Shown: positions 22,047 to 31,097, numbered from the stretch's first letter. The stretch: 52,519 nt of DNA from an uncultured Fusobacterium sp. (GCA_964370665.1 CAYJKE010000002.1:1-52519); one strand, 5' to 3'. Notes: generated from the sequence alone by a model not told the origin. Numbers and translations are program-made.

Positions 22047-22158
22047 CTATGAAAAATAACTTTGAACCTACACCCATAAACCTACCTTAGTGCTGCTTCC
22101 TTTCGAATCTGACACGGTTCGACAACTTTATGCCGTAGACCTCCATCATTTTCCATAG
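22047..22158 (-). ncRNA. ffs: Signal recognition particle RNA (4.5S type)
   Basis: Minus strand contains the SRP domain IV motif GAACCGTGTCAGATTCGAAAGGAAGCAGCACTAAGG. The flanks pair into a long hairpin (CTATGGAAAATGA/TTATTTTTCATAG; GGTCTAC/GTAGGTT) of about 112 nt. Confidence 0.92.
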
Positions 22159-22165
22159 CTTAAAA

Positions 22166-22174
22166 ATTATATCA
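22166..22174 (-). promoter_or_regulatory. Extended -10 promoter of ffs
   Basis: TGATATAAT about 7 nt upstream of the 5' end of the hairpin. Confidence 0.7.
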
Positions 22175-22186
22175 TATTTTTTCTAA

Positions 22187-22615
22187 TTAGTCAACTTTTT
22201 TTGTTTTATCTTGCAGTTTTGCCAGTCTTTCCAAGGCTATTTCTCTTGCTTTCAAATATTTTTCTTGGCTGATAGATTTTTGAGCTTCATACTGAGATCT
22301 AAGTCTATCTTTTAGCATACTTGCTTCTATATCTCCTATTTCGTCAATAAGTTTATTTATATCTTCCCACTTATCTCCTATTCCAGTTAATATATACTTC
22401 TCTATTTCTAGTTCTCTACTTTTCTTTTCAAGAACAAGATAAGAATATCTTTTTTGTGAAATTTCAATTATTTCCTTAGTTTTTATAATTTGTTCTCTAG
22501 TTACTCCAACCTTTGCAAAGTCATCCTCTGTTATAAATCCTAGAACTTCTTTTTCATTTTGAGCAAAGACCAAATTCCCCATTAAGACAAATAATAATAC
22601 ATACTTTCTAAACAT
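22187..22615 (-). CDS. Exported Spy/CpxP-like protein
   Basis: RBS GGAGG before MFRKY, signal peptide ending VFA, LTxxQ-like GVTREQ, helical; third gene of the ECF operon. Confidence 0.55.
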   Translation of the reverse strand: MFRKYVLLFVLMGNLVFAQNEKEVLGFITEDDFAKVGVTREQIIKTKEIIEISQKRYSYLVLEKKSRELEIEKYILTGIGDKWEDINKLIDEIGDIEASMLKDRLRSQYEAQKSISQEKYLKAREIALERLAKLQDKTKKVD

Positions 22616-22627
22616 TTTGGCCTCCAT

Positions 22628-22927
22628 TTACGATTGAATATTTAATACAAAATATTCATCTGCTTGTATTTCTTTTTTCGTACTTTCTACTCCTATGCTA
22701 AAATAATTATCTATTGGAGTAGCCTTTTGAACAACACTTTCACTTGATATAACTCTACTTGAAGTTAGCATTTCTTTTTCTTGTGGAATAAAATTATAAA
22801 GACTTCCAGCAAATATCCCTATTACAAAAACAGATATCGTTAGATGTGATTTTCTTTTATTTTTATTTTTCTCTTCTTCTAATAAAGTTTTATACACTCC
22901 TATCCTAACTCTTTCCTTTGGTGTCAT
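22628..22927 (-). CDS. Putative anti-sigma factor (single TM)
   Basis: Overlaps the ECF sigma stop by 4 nt; short charged N-terminus followed by one TM helix. Confidence 0.6.
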   Translation of the reverse strand: MTPKERVRIGVYKTLLEEEKNKNKRKSHLTISVFVIGIFAGSLYNFIPQEKEMLTSSRVISSESVVQKATPIDNYFSIGVESTKKEIQADEYFVLNIQS

Positions 22928-23379
22928 TTGCTATCCTCCTCTAAACTTCTAAGCGCTTTATAATATATTGATTTTATTGTAGAAATATTTCTATCTTTCA
23001 TATCTGATATTTCTCTAAGTTTATAACCGTATACATCTTTTAATAATAGAATTTCTTTTTCTTCTTTAGTAAGTCTTTTTAAATTTTCTTCTATTATCAT
23101 AGAATTATTTAAATCACTTCCATCTTCTATATTTAATATTTCCTCATTTAACTCTAACTCTATTTTTCTTTTTCTGAAGAAATCATAGATTTTGTTAATC
23201 GCTATTCTATATATCCATGTATAAATCTTGCTATCTGCTCTAAATTTTTCAAGGTTTTTATACACACTTACAAAAACTTCTTGAGTTATATCTTCTGCAT
23301 CTTCAGAGTTTTTAACAGAACTTAGGACTTTATAATAAATACGATCGAAATATTCATCATATATTTGATCAAAATCCAT
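22924..23379 (-). CDS. rpoE: ECF RNA polymerase sigma factor (RpoE-like)
   Basis: DAEDITQEVF, TWIYRIAIN (region 2); GYKLREIS..ISTIKS (region 4 HTH). Confidence 0.85.
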   Translation of the reverse strand: MDFDQIYDEYFDRIYYKVLSSVKNSEDAEDITQEVFVSVYKNLEKFRADSKIYTWIYRIAINKIYDFFRKRKIELELNEEILNIEDGSDLNNSMIIEENLKRLTKEEKEILLLKDVYGYKLREISDMKDRNISTIKSIYYKALRSLEEDSK

Positions 23380-23432
23380 TCATTTCCCCCTGCATTATTT
23401 AGTTTAAAATCTACCTTTTTCTGTACATTTCT

Positions 23433-23460
23433 TTTGACTTATTTTTTTTTATTTTTGTTT
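23433..23460 (-). promoter_or_regulatory. Candidate autoregulatory ECF promoter
   Basis: AAAC-18 nt A-rich spacer-GTCAAA upstream of the sigma gene, resembling RpoE-type AAC/GTCWAA promoters. Confidence 0.5.
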
Positions 23461-23540
23461 AATTTTTTTAAAATTTCACAAATATTTTTTATTATTTTTT
23501 GATTTTATTTTTCTTATCTCAATTTTACAAACTTTATCTT

Positions 23541-24587
23541 TTAGATGAAATCTTTTAAAAGCTTTCTAAGTTCTTCTAGTATTTCTTCTTCTTTTATTTT
23601 TTTTATTATTTTACCTTTTTCGAATAAAAGAGCTTCATTTTTTCCGCCAGCTATTCCAAAGTCAGCCTCTTTAGCTTCTCCTGGGCCATTTACAACACAT
23701 CCCATAACTGCTATTTTTATATTTTTTTCTATTTGTCCAAATTCAGACTCTACTTTTTTAGCCAGTCCTATTAAATCTATTTCTGTTCTTCCACAAGTAG
23801 GACAAGAAATAATCTCTACTCCTGTTCTAAGCCCCAAAACTTTTAAAATCTCTTTAGCTACTTTTATTTCTTTCACTGGATCTTCAGTAAGCGAAACTCT
23901 TAAAGTATTCCCTATTCCATCTACAAGTAAGCTTCCTATACCTATAGCTGACTTTATACTTCCTTGAAATTCTGTCCCTGCCTCTGTTACTCCTAAATGA
24001 AGAGGATAGTTTACAAGTTCTGATATTTTTCTATAAGCTTCTACCATTAATCTTATATTACTCGCCTTTAAAGATATTATTATATTAGTAAATCCGAATT
24101 TTTCAAGTAATCCTACATGATACATAGCACTTTCTACCATTGCATCAGAAGTCACATGACCATATTTTACCAATATATTTTTTTCTAAAGAGCCACTATT
24201 TACTCCTATTCTTATAGGAACGTTATATTCTTTAGCCTTTTCTACCACTAGTCTTACTTTTTCATCATCCCCTATATTTCCAGGATTTATTCTAAGTTTA
24301 TCTATTCCATTTTCAATGGCTTTTATAGCTAATCTATAATCAAAATGAATATCAGCTACTATTGGTATATTTATTTGTTCTTTTATTTTTTTTATAGCTT
24401 CTGCTGCTTTTTCTGTATTTACAGTTACTCTAACCATCTCACACCCTTCTTTTTCTAGGGCTTTTATTTGGGCAACAGTTTTTTCTATGTTTTCTGTAGA
24501 AGTATTTGTCATTGATTGAATTACAATAGGATTTGTTCCACCAATTAATATATTTCCAACCTTTACCTCTTTAGTCATTTTTCTCAT
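23541..24587 (-). CDS. ispG: 4-hydroxy-3-methylbut-2-en-1-yl diphosphate synthase
   Basis: [44 protein letters not shown]. Confidence 0.97.
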   Translation of the reverse strand: MRKMTKEVKVGNILIGGTNPIVIQSMTNTSTENIEKTVAQIKALEKEGCEMVRVTVNTEKAAEAIKKIKEQINIPIVADIHFDYRLAIKAIENGIDKLRINPGNIGDDEKVRLVVEKAKEYNVPIRIGVNSGSLEKNILVKYGHVTSDAMVESAMYHVGLLEKFGFTNIIISLKASNIRLMVEAYRKISELVNYPLHLGVTEAGTEFQGSIKSAIGIGSLLVDGIGNTLRVSLTEDPVKEIKVAKEILKVLGLRTGVEIISCPTCGRTEIDLIGLAKKVESEFGQIEKNIKIAVMGCVVNGPGEAKEADFGIAGGKNEALLFEKGKIIKKIKEEEILEELRKLLKDFI

Positions 24588-24609
24588 GCTACACCTCTTT
24601 AACTATTAT

Positions 24610-24891
24610 TTAAAAGTTAACAATTTCAACATAAGCCTCATACCAAGGTCCTTCTTCATCTTCTCCCTCTTCGATAAAAAAGTTAACTTGCATTTCATCT
24701 AAGGTAAACCCAACTGAATTTTCTTCTTCAACCTGAAAGAAATCAATTTTACTAGGTGACGTTTCCTCTAAAGCTCTTCTTACACTTTCTGTTGTATCAA
24801 CTAATTCTCTTATATCTTCAAGTATGTCATATCCCATTTCTTTAAAGTTAGTATCTATTTTTACTATCATTTTTTCTAATTTTTTACTCAT
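24610..24891 (-). CDS. Small acidic hypothetical protein
   Basis: RBS GAGGAG before MSKKLE (start moved from the track's 24921). Confidence 0.75.
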   Translation of the reverse strand: MSKKLEKMIVKIDTNFKEMGYDILEDIRELVDTTESVRRALEETSPSKIDFFQVEEENSVGFTLDEMQVNFFIEEGEDEEGPWYEAYVEIVNF

Positions 24892-24992
24892 TTTCTCTCC
24901 TCGTATAATGAATAACTTCATTATTATTTTATTTTTTCTTTTTGATTTTTTAACTCTTCTTTAATTTTTTAACTTTGTTTCTTTCTTATTTT

Positions 24993-25130
24993 TTATCGAA
25001 AGTAATTTCTAAATCCTTTATATTTTTTTACTACCCAAAGAACAAATTTAATTTTTTTTATTTCCCATGGTATTTTGTCTAAGGATTTTTCCATTTGAAG
25101 TTCTATTTCTTCTTCATTTTTATTTACCAT
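24993..25130 (-). CDS. 45-aa small protein
   Basis: AGGAGA RBS overlapping the upstream TAG; MVNKNEEEIELQMEKSLDKIPWEIKKIKFVLWVVKKYKGFRNYFR. Confidence 0.55.
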   Translation of the reverse strand: MVNKNEEEIELQMEKSLDKIPWEIKKIKFVLWVVKKYKGFRNYFR

Positions 25131-25138
25131 TTTCTCTC

Positions 25139-26095
25139 CTATAAATATCCTAGATTCTTTAAAATAAATATCCATAAAAATAATGTTAATATAGACAGCA
25201 GTGTTGAAGATACTACTAGTTCTGCTGCTAATTGTTCATCTCCACCAATTTCTTTTACCATGATAAAAGAAGATACTGCACCAGGAGATCCTGTTGCTCC
25301 TAAAATTCCCAGTAGTGCTTCATTTGTAAATCCTAGTTTTAATCCTATTCCCACTGTTATAAGTGGAAGAAAAAGTAATTTTACACTATTTGCATAGAAA
25401 GAAAGTTTCATATTTTTAACTATATTAGAAAAATTAAGAGTAGCTCCTAACACAACAAAAGATAAAGGTGTTGCAACCCTTCCCAAACTAAAAAGTGGAT
25501 TCATAATAATTTGTGGAAGCTTTATCTCTAAAAGGATAAGTGTTAGAGATAAAAAACTACATATTATCAGTGGGTTTGTAACTAGTGATTTTCCTATTTT
25601 TTTATAATTAATATTTTTAGTTGCATAAGACTCTAATAAACAAACTGCTATGGCATTGGTAAGAGGAATAACTGCTGCACTAATTAATGACATAAGCCCT
25701 AGTCCTTTTTCTCCGTATAATGACATTGCCATAGGAATTCCAAACAAAGCTAGGTTAGATCTATAGGCTCCCTGCACTAATACAGGAACAATGCTTCTAT
25801 CTTTTACAGTCTTTTGAAAAGCAAATGTACAAATAACTGTTATAAAAATTATAGCTCCCCATACAATTCCAATCAAATATAAATTTTCTTGCTTTAGTAT
25901 ATCTTCTTTTCTCATTGTGGAAATATTAGTAAATAAAAGAGAACTCATGAATACTCGAAATATAAGTTTATTCATCACTGTTAATGATTCCTCTGTGACA
26001 AGACCCTTTCTTTTAACCTGAACCCCTATTAGCATCATAACTGCTATTGGGAAAACTACATTTAGAGCTATCAAAAAATTATCCATTGGTGACAT
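25139..26095 (-). CDS. AEC family transporter (malate permease-like)
   Basis: About 10 TM helices, RSNLALFGIP, TNPLI, ATPLSFVVLG, VVSSTLLS; RBS AAGGGGAG before MSPM. Confidence 0.88.
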   Translation of the reverse strand: MSPMDNFLIALNVVFPIAVMMLIGVQVKRKGLVTEESLTVMNKLIFRVFMSSLLFTNISTMRKEDILKQENLYLIGIVWGAIIFITVICTFAFQKTVKDRSIVPVLVQGAYRSNLALFGIPMAMSLYGEKGLGLMSLISAAVIPLTNAIAVCLLESYATKNINYKKIGKSLVTNPLIICSFLSLTLILLEIKLPQIIMNPLFSLGRVATPLSFVVLGATLNFSNIVKNMKLSFYANSVKLLFLPLITVGIGLKLGFTNEALLGILGATGSPGAVSSFIMVKEIGGDEQLAAELVVSSTLLSILTLFLWIFILKNLGYL

Positions 26096-26156
26096 AAGCT
26101 CCCCTTTCAATTCTATTATAATTTTTTATTTTTGATTAATTATTTCTTTTTAATAT

Positions 26157-26185
26157 AAAAAATGGTGTAGGAAAACCTACACCAT
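26157..26185 (-). terminator. Intrinsic terminator of the NCS2 permease gene
   Basis: ATGGTGTAGG-TTTT-CCTACACCAT-TTTTT. Confidence 0.85.
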
Positions 26186-26213
26186 ATATTATATATTATT
26201 TTTTCAATTTATG

Positions 26214-27527
26214 CTAGAAAAATTTACCAACAACTGAAGTAAGAAGTCCTGAAACTTCTAAGAAAGAAAATACTGCAACTATCCATAATATAGGACTTAC
26301 TTCTTTTGCTTTTCCTACAAAGATTTTTATTAAAACATAAGCAATAAATCCAAATGCAAGACCTATAGAAATACTATAAGTTAAAGGCATAAGAGCAATA
26401 GTTAGGAAACAAGGTATTGCTGTTTCTAAATCTTTTAAATTTATATCTAAAAGGTTCTTAAACATAAACACTCCTACTATTACAAGAGCTGGTGCTGTAG
26501 CATAAGCTGGTACAGCTCCTATTATAGGTGAAAAGAACAGTGTTAACGCAAAGCAAAGAGCAGTGGTTACAGCTGTAAGTCCAGTTCTTCCTCCTGCTGC
26601 TATTCCTGACGCTGATTCAACAAATGTTGTAACTGTAGAAGTTCCTAAAAGTGATCCTACCATAGTAGCAACTGCATCAGCTTCTAATATTTTATCAATT
26701 TTATCAACTTTTCCATCTTTATCAATAAGTCCCGCCTCATTAGCACAAGCTAATATTGTTCCTAATGAATCAAATAAATCTACAAATAAGAATGAAAAAA
26801 TTGAACCTAAAAGTGCTGGTTTTAGTGCTCCTAGTATATCTAATTTAAAAGCTATTGGTGCTATACTTGGTGGCATAGAAATAATAGATTTAGGCATATC
26901 TATTTCTCCTACCATTATTCCTAGAACAGTAGTTATAACAATTCCTAGTAAAATTCCACCTTTCATTTTTCTAACTTCTAAAAATGCCATAACAATTAAA
27001 CCAATAACAGAAATTGTAAGTGGTTTTGTGAATTTCCCTAGTCCAACAAGTGTCGCTGGATTATCAACAATAAGTCCCATTGATTGCATTCCTAAGAAAG
27101 CAATAAATAAACCTATACCTGCTCCAACTGCAAGTCTTAACTCAACTGGAATTGCCTCTATCAAAGCTTTTCTAACTCCTGTAACTGTTAAAATCATAAA
27201 TAATATTCCTGATAAAAATACAACCCCTAAAGCTTCTTGCCAAGTAGCTCCTTGACCTAATACTAAAGTATAAGCAAAGAAAGCATTCAGTCCCATTCCT
27301 GGTGCCATAGCAAAAGGAGAGTTAACCCACAATCCACTAAGTCCTGTTCCCACTATTGCTGATAAACATGTTGCTGTTATAAGAGCTCCTTGCTCCATTT
27401 TTGTTGCTGAAAGAATAGCTGGATTTACAAATACAATATATGCCATTGTTAAAAATGTAGTAATTCCTGCTATAATTTCTTGCTTTGCTGTTGTGTTTCT
27501 TTCAGCTAGCTTAAAAAATTTTTCCAT
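26214..27527 (-). CDS. NCS2/AzgA-family purine permease (PbuG-like)
   Basis: AGITTFLTMAYI.VNP, APGMGLNAFF, DLFDSLGT, ESASGIAAGGRTGLT; purine riboswitch upstream. Confidence 0.93.
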   Translation of the reverse strand: MEKFFKLAERNTTAKQEIIAGITTFLTMAYIVFVNPAILSATKMEQGALITATCLSAIVGTGLSGLWVNSPFAMAPGMGLNAFFAYTLVLGQGATWQEALGVVFLSGILFMILTVTGVRKALIEAIPVELRLAVGAGIGLFIAFLGMQSMGLIVDNPATLVGLGKFTKPLTISVIGLIVMAFLEVRKMKGGILLGIVITTVLGIMVGEIDMPKSIISMPPSIAPIAFKLDILGALKPALLGSIFSFLFVDLFDSLGTILACANEAGLIDKDGKVDKIDKILEADAVATMVGSLLGTSTVTTFVESASGIAAGGRTGLTAVTTALCFALTLFFSPIIGAVPAYATAPALVIVGVFMFKNLLDINLKDLETAIPCFLTIALMPLTYSISIGLAFGFIAYVLIKIFVGKAKEVSPILWIVAVFSFLEVSGLLTSVVGKFF

Positions 27528-27582
27528 ATCTCCTCCTAAAAATAATAAATAGAATTAGTTAAATAAACTCTTCCTATAAAAT

Positions 27583-27607
27583 AAAAATAGCCTGAAAAAT
27601 CAGGCTA
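27583..27607 (-). terminator. Riboswitch-controlled terminator
   Basis: TAGCCTGA-TTTT-TCAGGCTA-TTTTT; its 5' arm can alternatively pair with TAGGCTA at the 3' end of P1 (antiterminator). Confidence 0.85.
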
Positions 27608-27616
27608 CAAAATTAG

Positions 27617-27679
27617 CCTATAGAATACAATTTAAGGTTGTATGTAGAGACGTCTAACCATATTTTAGACTTATATAGA
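27617..27679 (-). ncRNA. Purine riboswitch aptamer, guanine-type (C74)
   Basis: CUAUA-UAA-GUCUAA AAUAUGG UUAGAC-GUCUCUAC-AUACAA CCUUAAA UUGUAU-UC-UAUAG gives P1, P2, P3 and the loop-loop GG/CC. Confidence 0.93.
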
Positions 27680-27693
27680 TAATTTAAAAACAT

Positions 27694-27722
27694 ATAATAT
27701 TACATTTTTTCTATTTTGTCAA
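27694..27722 (-). promoter_or_regulatory. Sigma70 promoter of the riboswitch-permease transcript
   Basis: TTGACA-17 nt-TATTAT. Confidence 0.75.
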
Positions 27723-27803
27723 GAAAATTTTAATTCTCATAAAGACTATTCTCAACTTTAACTTTAGTAATTCAGCTTAAATTTCAATATAATGTAGATA
27801 TAG

Positions 27804-27832
27804 AAAAAAGAAGGCAGAAATCTGCCTTCTTT
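27804..27832 (-). terminator. Intrinsic terminator
   Basis: AAAGAAGGCAGA-TT-TCTGCCTTCTTTTTT. Confidence 0.85.
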
Positions 27833-27833
27833 C

Positions 27834-28040
27834 TTATTTTTTATCTTCTTCTGCTATTAATGCATTAATTTCTTCTACAATAGCATCTGCATTTAACCCA
27901 TGAGAAGTTATTCCTTCCCCTATAGTTTCTCCTGCTGCTACCATACACCCTAAACATCCAAGTCCATATTTTCTAAAAACAGATCCTACTACTGGATAAG
28001 TTCTAGCTACTTCTAAAATATTACTATCTTTAGTTACCAT
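27834..28040 (-). CDS. DUF1858-family small redox/disulfide protein
   Basis: TKDSNILEV..YP..VF..YGLGCLGC..A.GETI.EG...HGLN pattern. Confidence 0.85.
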   Translation of the reverse strand: MVTKDSNILEVARTYPVVGSVFRKYGLGCLGCMVAAGETIGEGITSHGLNADAIVEEINALIAEEDKK

Positions 28041-28080
28041 ATATAATCACTCCTTACTTAAATAAATTTCACTCTATTAT

Positions 28081-28109
28081 ATTATACTAAGAATATTACC
28101 TCTTGTCAA
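28081..28109 (-). promoter_or_regulatory. Perfect-consensus sigma70 promoter
   Basis: TTGACA-AGAGGTAATATTCTTAG (17 nt)-TATAAT. Confidence 0.85.
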
Positions 28110-28204
28110 GAAGTAAGAAATTAATTATTTTAGTTTGCGAAACTATTCTTCGATTGTCATAATTTTATAATCAAACAATTTTTTCGGCAAAAATTATCTT
28201 TATC

Positions 28205-29170
28205 TTATCTACCAATTACATTTAAAAGATCATGAATTCTAACTATTCCAACAAGCTTTCCATCTGTTATAACAGGAAGAACTGATATTTGACTCTCTCT
28301 ATTTTCCATAAGGTCTAAAGCTTCTATTGCCATGATTTCTTCTTCTGCAGAAGTAAAGTTAGATGTCATTATATCTGTTGATTTTAATTTAAAAAATTCA
28401 TCTTTTCTACTAAGTGCACGTCTCAAATCTCCTTCAGTTATTATCCCTATCATTTTACCTAAGGAGTTCATAACACAAACTGCACCTAGCCTTTTTTTAG
28501 TCATCATAAGTATAAGTTCCTCTGTTGTAGCTATATCACTAACTAAAGGAAGTTTATCTCCTGTATGCATTATATCTTTAAGTCTCATTAAAAGTCTTCT
28601 TCCTAGAGCTCCCCCTGGATGATATACTGCAAAATGTTCGGGTCTAAAGTTTCTTTTTTCTATTAACGTAGCTGCTAGAGCATCTCCCATAACTAAAGTA
28701 GCTGTTGCAGAAGCCATTGGAGCTAAATTAAGTGGACACCCTTCTTTTTCTATTCCAACATTAAGAATACAAAAACTTGCTCTTCCTAGTGGTGAATTAG
28801 CATTTCCTGTCATTGCTATTATTTTTGCCCCTATTTTATTAATAGAAGGAAGTAAAGATAATACCTCATCACTATTACCACTATTAGAAATAGCTATTAC
28901 AATATCATTTGGAGATATTATCCCTAAGTCTCCATGAAGTCCCTCTGCTGAGTTCATAAATACAGAATATGTTCCTGTTGAAGCAAGAGTTGCTGCTATT
29001 TTCTTTCCAATAATACCTGATTTTCCTATACCTGTAATTACCACTTTTCCTGTTGTTCTTAGTATTAAGTCAACAGCAGTTTCAAAATTTGAGTCGATTT
29101 TATTTTTCACCTTTATTAATTCTTCAATTTCAGAATCAAATATTTTTTTTGCATTTTCTATAGAATTCAT
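28205..29170 (-). CDS. kdsD: Arabinose-5-phosphate isomerase (KpsF/GutQ; SIS domain plus CBS pair)
   Basis: TGIGKSG, ATLASTGT, EGLHGDLG, CPLNLAP, GDALA, YHPGGALG, CBS domains. Confidence 0.92.
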   Translation of the reverse strand: MNSIENAKKIFDSEIEELIKVKNKIDSNFETAVDLILRTTGKVVITGIGKSGIIGKKIAATLASTGTYSVFMNSAEGLHGDLGIISPNDIVIAISNSGNSDEVLSLLPSINKIGAKIIAMTGNANSPLGRASFCILNVGIEKEGCPLNLAPMASATATLVMGDALAATLIEKRNFRPEHFAVYHPGGALGRRLLMRLKDIMHTGDKLPLVSDIATTEELILMMTKKRLGAVCVMNSLGKMIGIITEGDLRRALSRKDEFFKLKSTDIMTSNFTSAEEEIMAIEALDLMENRESQISVLPVITDGKLVGIVRIHDLLNVIGR

Positions 29171-29235
29171 ATCTAACTTGACAGCTTTTAGCCATCAACC
29201 TCCTTTTAAAATAATACTCTACTTTAATTTTTTAT

Positions 29236-30267
29236 TTAATAAAAATTTTTATTTATTAAGTTTTTTATACTTCTATCTAATTCATATTGAATTTCATGCC
29301 CTAATTTATTTTCAATATAATTTGGAAGATGTGGAGGTCTTCCACCATTTTGCAATATAGGAGTAGGATAATCCACATAATCATTCACATAAAAATTTTC
29401 TACATCTATTAAACCTATATTATCTTTTCCTCTAAGTTCTAATCTTCCTCTTATATTAACATCATATCCTATATATAAGTATACTTTACCATCTCTTTGC
29501 TCTGTTCTACTTATTGTTGGAAATACTCTTACATTTGTAAAGTCTACCTCAATAGTATAATTAGAATTAGGTGATGATCTTCCTCTATAATAATCTCCTA
29601 TATATACATAACTTCCTACTTCTTCGTTTCTATTAAACATTCCATAATAATCTAATTGATTTTCTAGCATTCTATCAATAGGGTCAAAACTAAAATAATC
29701 ACTTACTACATCGATTACTACTCTAACTTCTTTTTCTAATTTAATAGCTTTATCCCTTATTATAGTGCTTGGAATGTATTTTCCAAGTGTTATATATTGA
29801 TTTAATCTTAACACCTTATTATGTCTTGGTACATTGCTTAAATCTTCTTTCACTATATAGTTTTCTATTAATTTTGTCATTTTAGACTTTGAATTTAAAT
29901 AAGTGCTTCCATCATAAACTAAAGTTGGTATCTTAGTTTTTAATACTTGACCTTCTCCTCCCATTACAACATAAGCTGACAAAATATCCATTTCTGTAGA
30001 ATTTATACTTCCATTTTTTAAAAGTATATTTTTAGCTTGACTTTCAACAATAGGATACTCTTTATTAAATAATGCTATTCCTTCTACTGAATCTGGAACA
30101 TAACCTAAACCTTCTACTAACTCCTCAGCTCCCTCATAAGTAACACCATAGGTATTAAATTTTTCTGTTGCTGATCTTACCAAACTATTTCCTGTTAAAC
30201 TTGCACATCCACTAATAAAAAAAATAATTACTGCAAATAACGTCAAAATTTTAGATTTGTTTTTCAT
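29236..30267 (-). CDS. Putative lipoprotein of unknown function
   Basis: Signal peptide with lipobox ISGC; AGGAGG RBS. Confidence 0.75.
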   Translation of the reverse strand: MKNKSKILTLFAVIIFFISGCASLTGNSLVRSATEKFNTYGVTYEGAEELVEGLGYVPDSVEGIALFNKEYPIVESQAKNILLKNGSINSTEMDILSAYVVMGGEGQVLKTKIPTLVYDGSTYLNSKSKMTKLIENYIVKEDLSNVPRHNKVLRLNQYITLGKYIPSTIIRDKAIKLEKEVRVVIDVVSDYFSFDPIDRMLENQLDYYGMFNRNEEVGSYVYIGDYYRGRSSPNSNYTIEVDFTNVRVFPTISRTEQRDGKVYLYIGYDVNIRGRLELRGKDNIGLIDVENFYVNDYVDYPTPILQNGGRPPHLPNYIENKLGHEIQYELDRSIKNLINKNFY

Positions 30268-30308
30268 AAATCCTCCTTTGGTATCTATTACAATTCCTTT
30301 TTAGTTTC

Positions 30309-31097
30309 TTATATATCCTTTTCTTTTTTAGGATATAATTTTTTTAAAATTATAGGATAAAATATAGCTCCTGATAAAAAATTCCCTATTGTTACTGGTA
30401 AAAGATGGTCTACTAGCACTTTTCCCACATTCACTGAGTTTGCATCTATTAGCTTTGCTGCTGATAAGTAAAACATATTTGCCACAACATGCTGATAACT
30501 AGATAAAACAAACAAAAGTATTCCAAACCATATTATTAAAGTTTTTCCTACTATATCCTTAGCTGACATACTCATAAGTATGGTACCTGCTACAAGAATA
30601 TTACATAAAAAACCACTGAATATAGCTTGACTAAAAGAAGCACTTAGCTTTAAGTCAACTATTCCCATTAAGGCAATTCTGACCTTTTCTCCATCTAAAG
30701 ATCCACCTTTATAAGCTATATAAGAAACAGCAACACATCCTAATAAATTCCCTATCCATGTTATACTTAAATTTCTTAAAACATCTTTTATAGTCAAATC
30801 TTTTTCTAAATAATTTAAAACAAGAAGACAGTTTCCTGTAAATAAGCTTCCTCCTAATAATACACATAGCATTAAGCCAACTGGAAATATTGCTCCTGCT
30901 AATATAGAGATTAATTCAGGAATATTTGAATCTACTGTAAATTTAAGTACCCTAATTTGTCCCATACCTGCAAGGGCTATAAACATTCCACCTAAAATTC
31001 CTATTGTTAAAAGTTTCGAATTTTTTGATTTCCCTTTATATATTCCTTGTACTCTAGATATTTCTACTGTTTCTTCCATATTATTAAATAATGACAT
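30309..31097 (-). CDS. Formate/nitrite transporter family channel
   Basis: GILGGMFIA, FPVGL, LFTGN, GFLCNILV, HVVANM, VTIGNFLSG. Confidence 0.92.
   Translation of the reverse strand: MSLFNNMEETVEISRVQGIYKGKSKNSKLLTIGILGGMFIALAGMGQIRVLKFTVDSNIPELISILAGAIFPVGLMLCVLLGGSLFTGNCLLVLNYLEKDLTIKDVLRNLSITWIGNLLGCVAVSYIAYKGGSLDGEKVRIALMGIVDLKLSASFSQAIFSGFLCNILVAGTILMSMSAKDIVGKTLIIWFGILLFVLSSYQHVVANMFYLSAAKLIDANSVNVGKVLVDHLLPVTIGNFLSGAIFYPIILKKLYPKKEKDI

Noticed and set aside
26563..27255. 230-aa plus-strand ORF
   Set aside because: Antisense shadow of the NCS2 permease; no RBS or motif, and its composition mirrors the permease codons.
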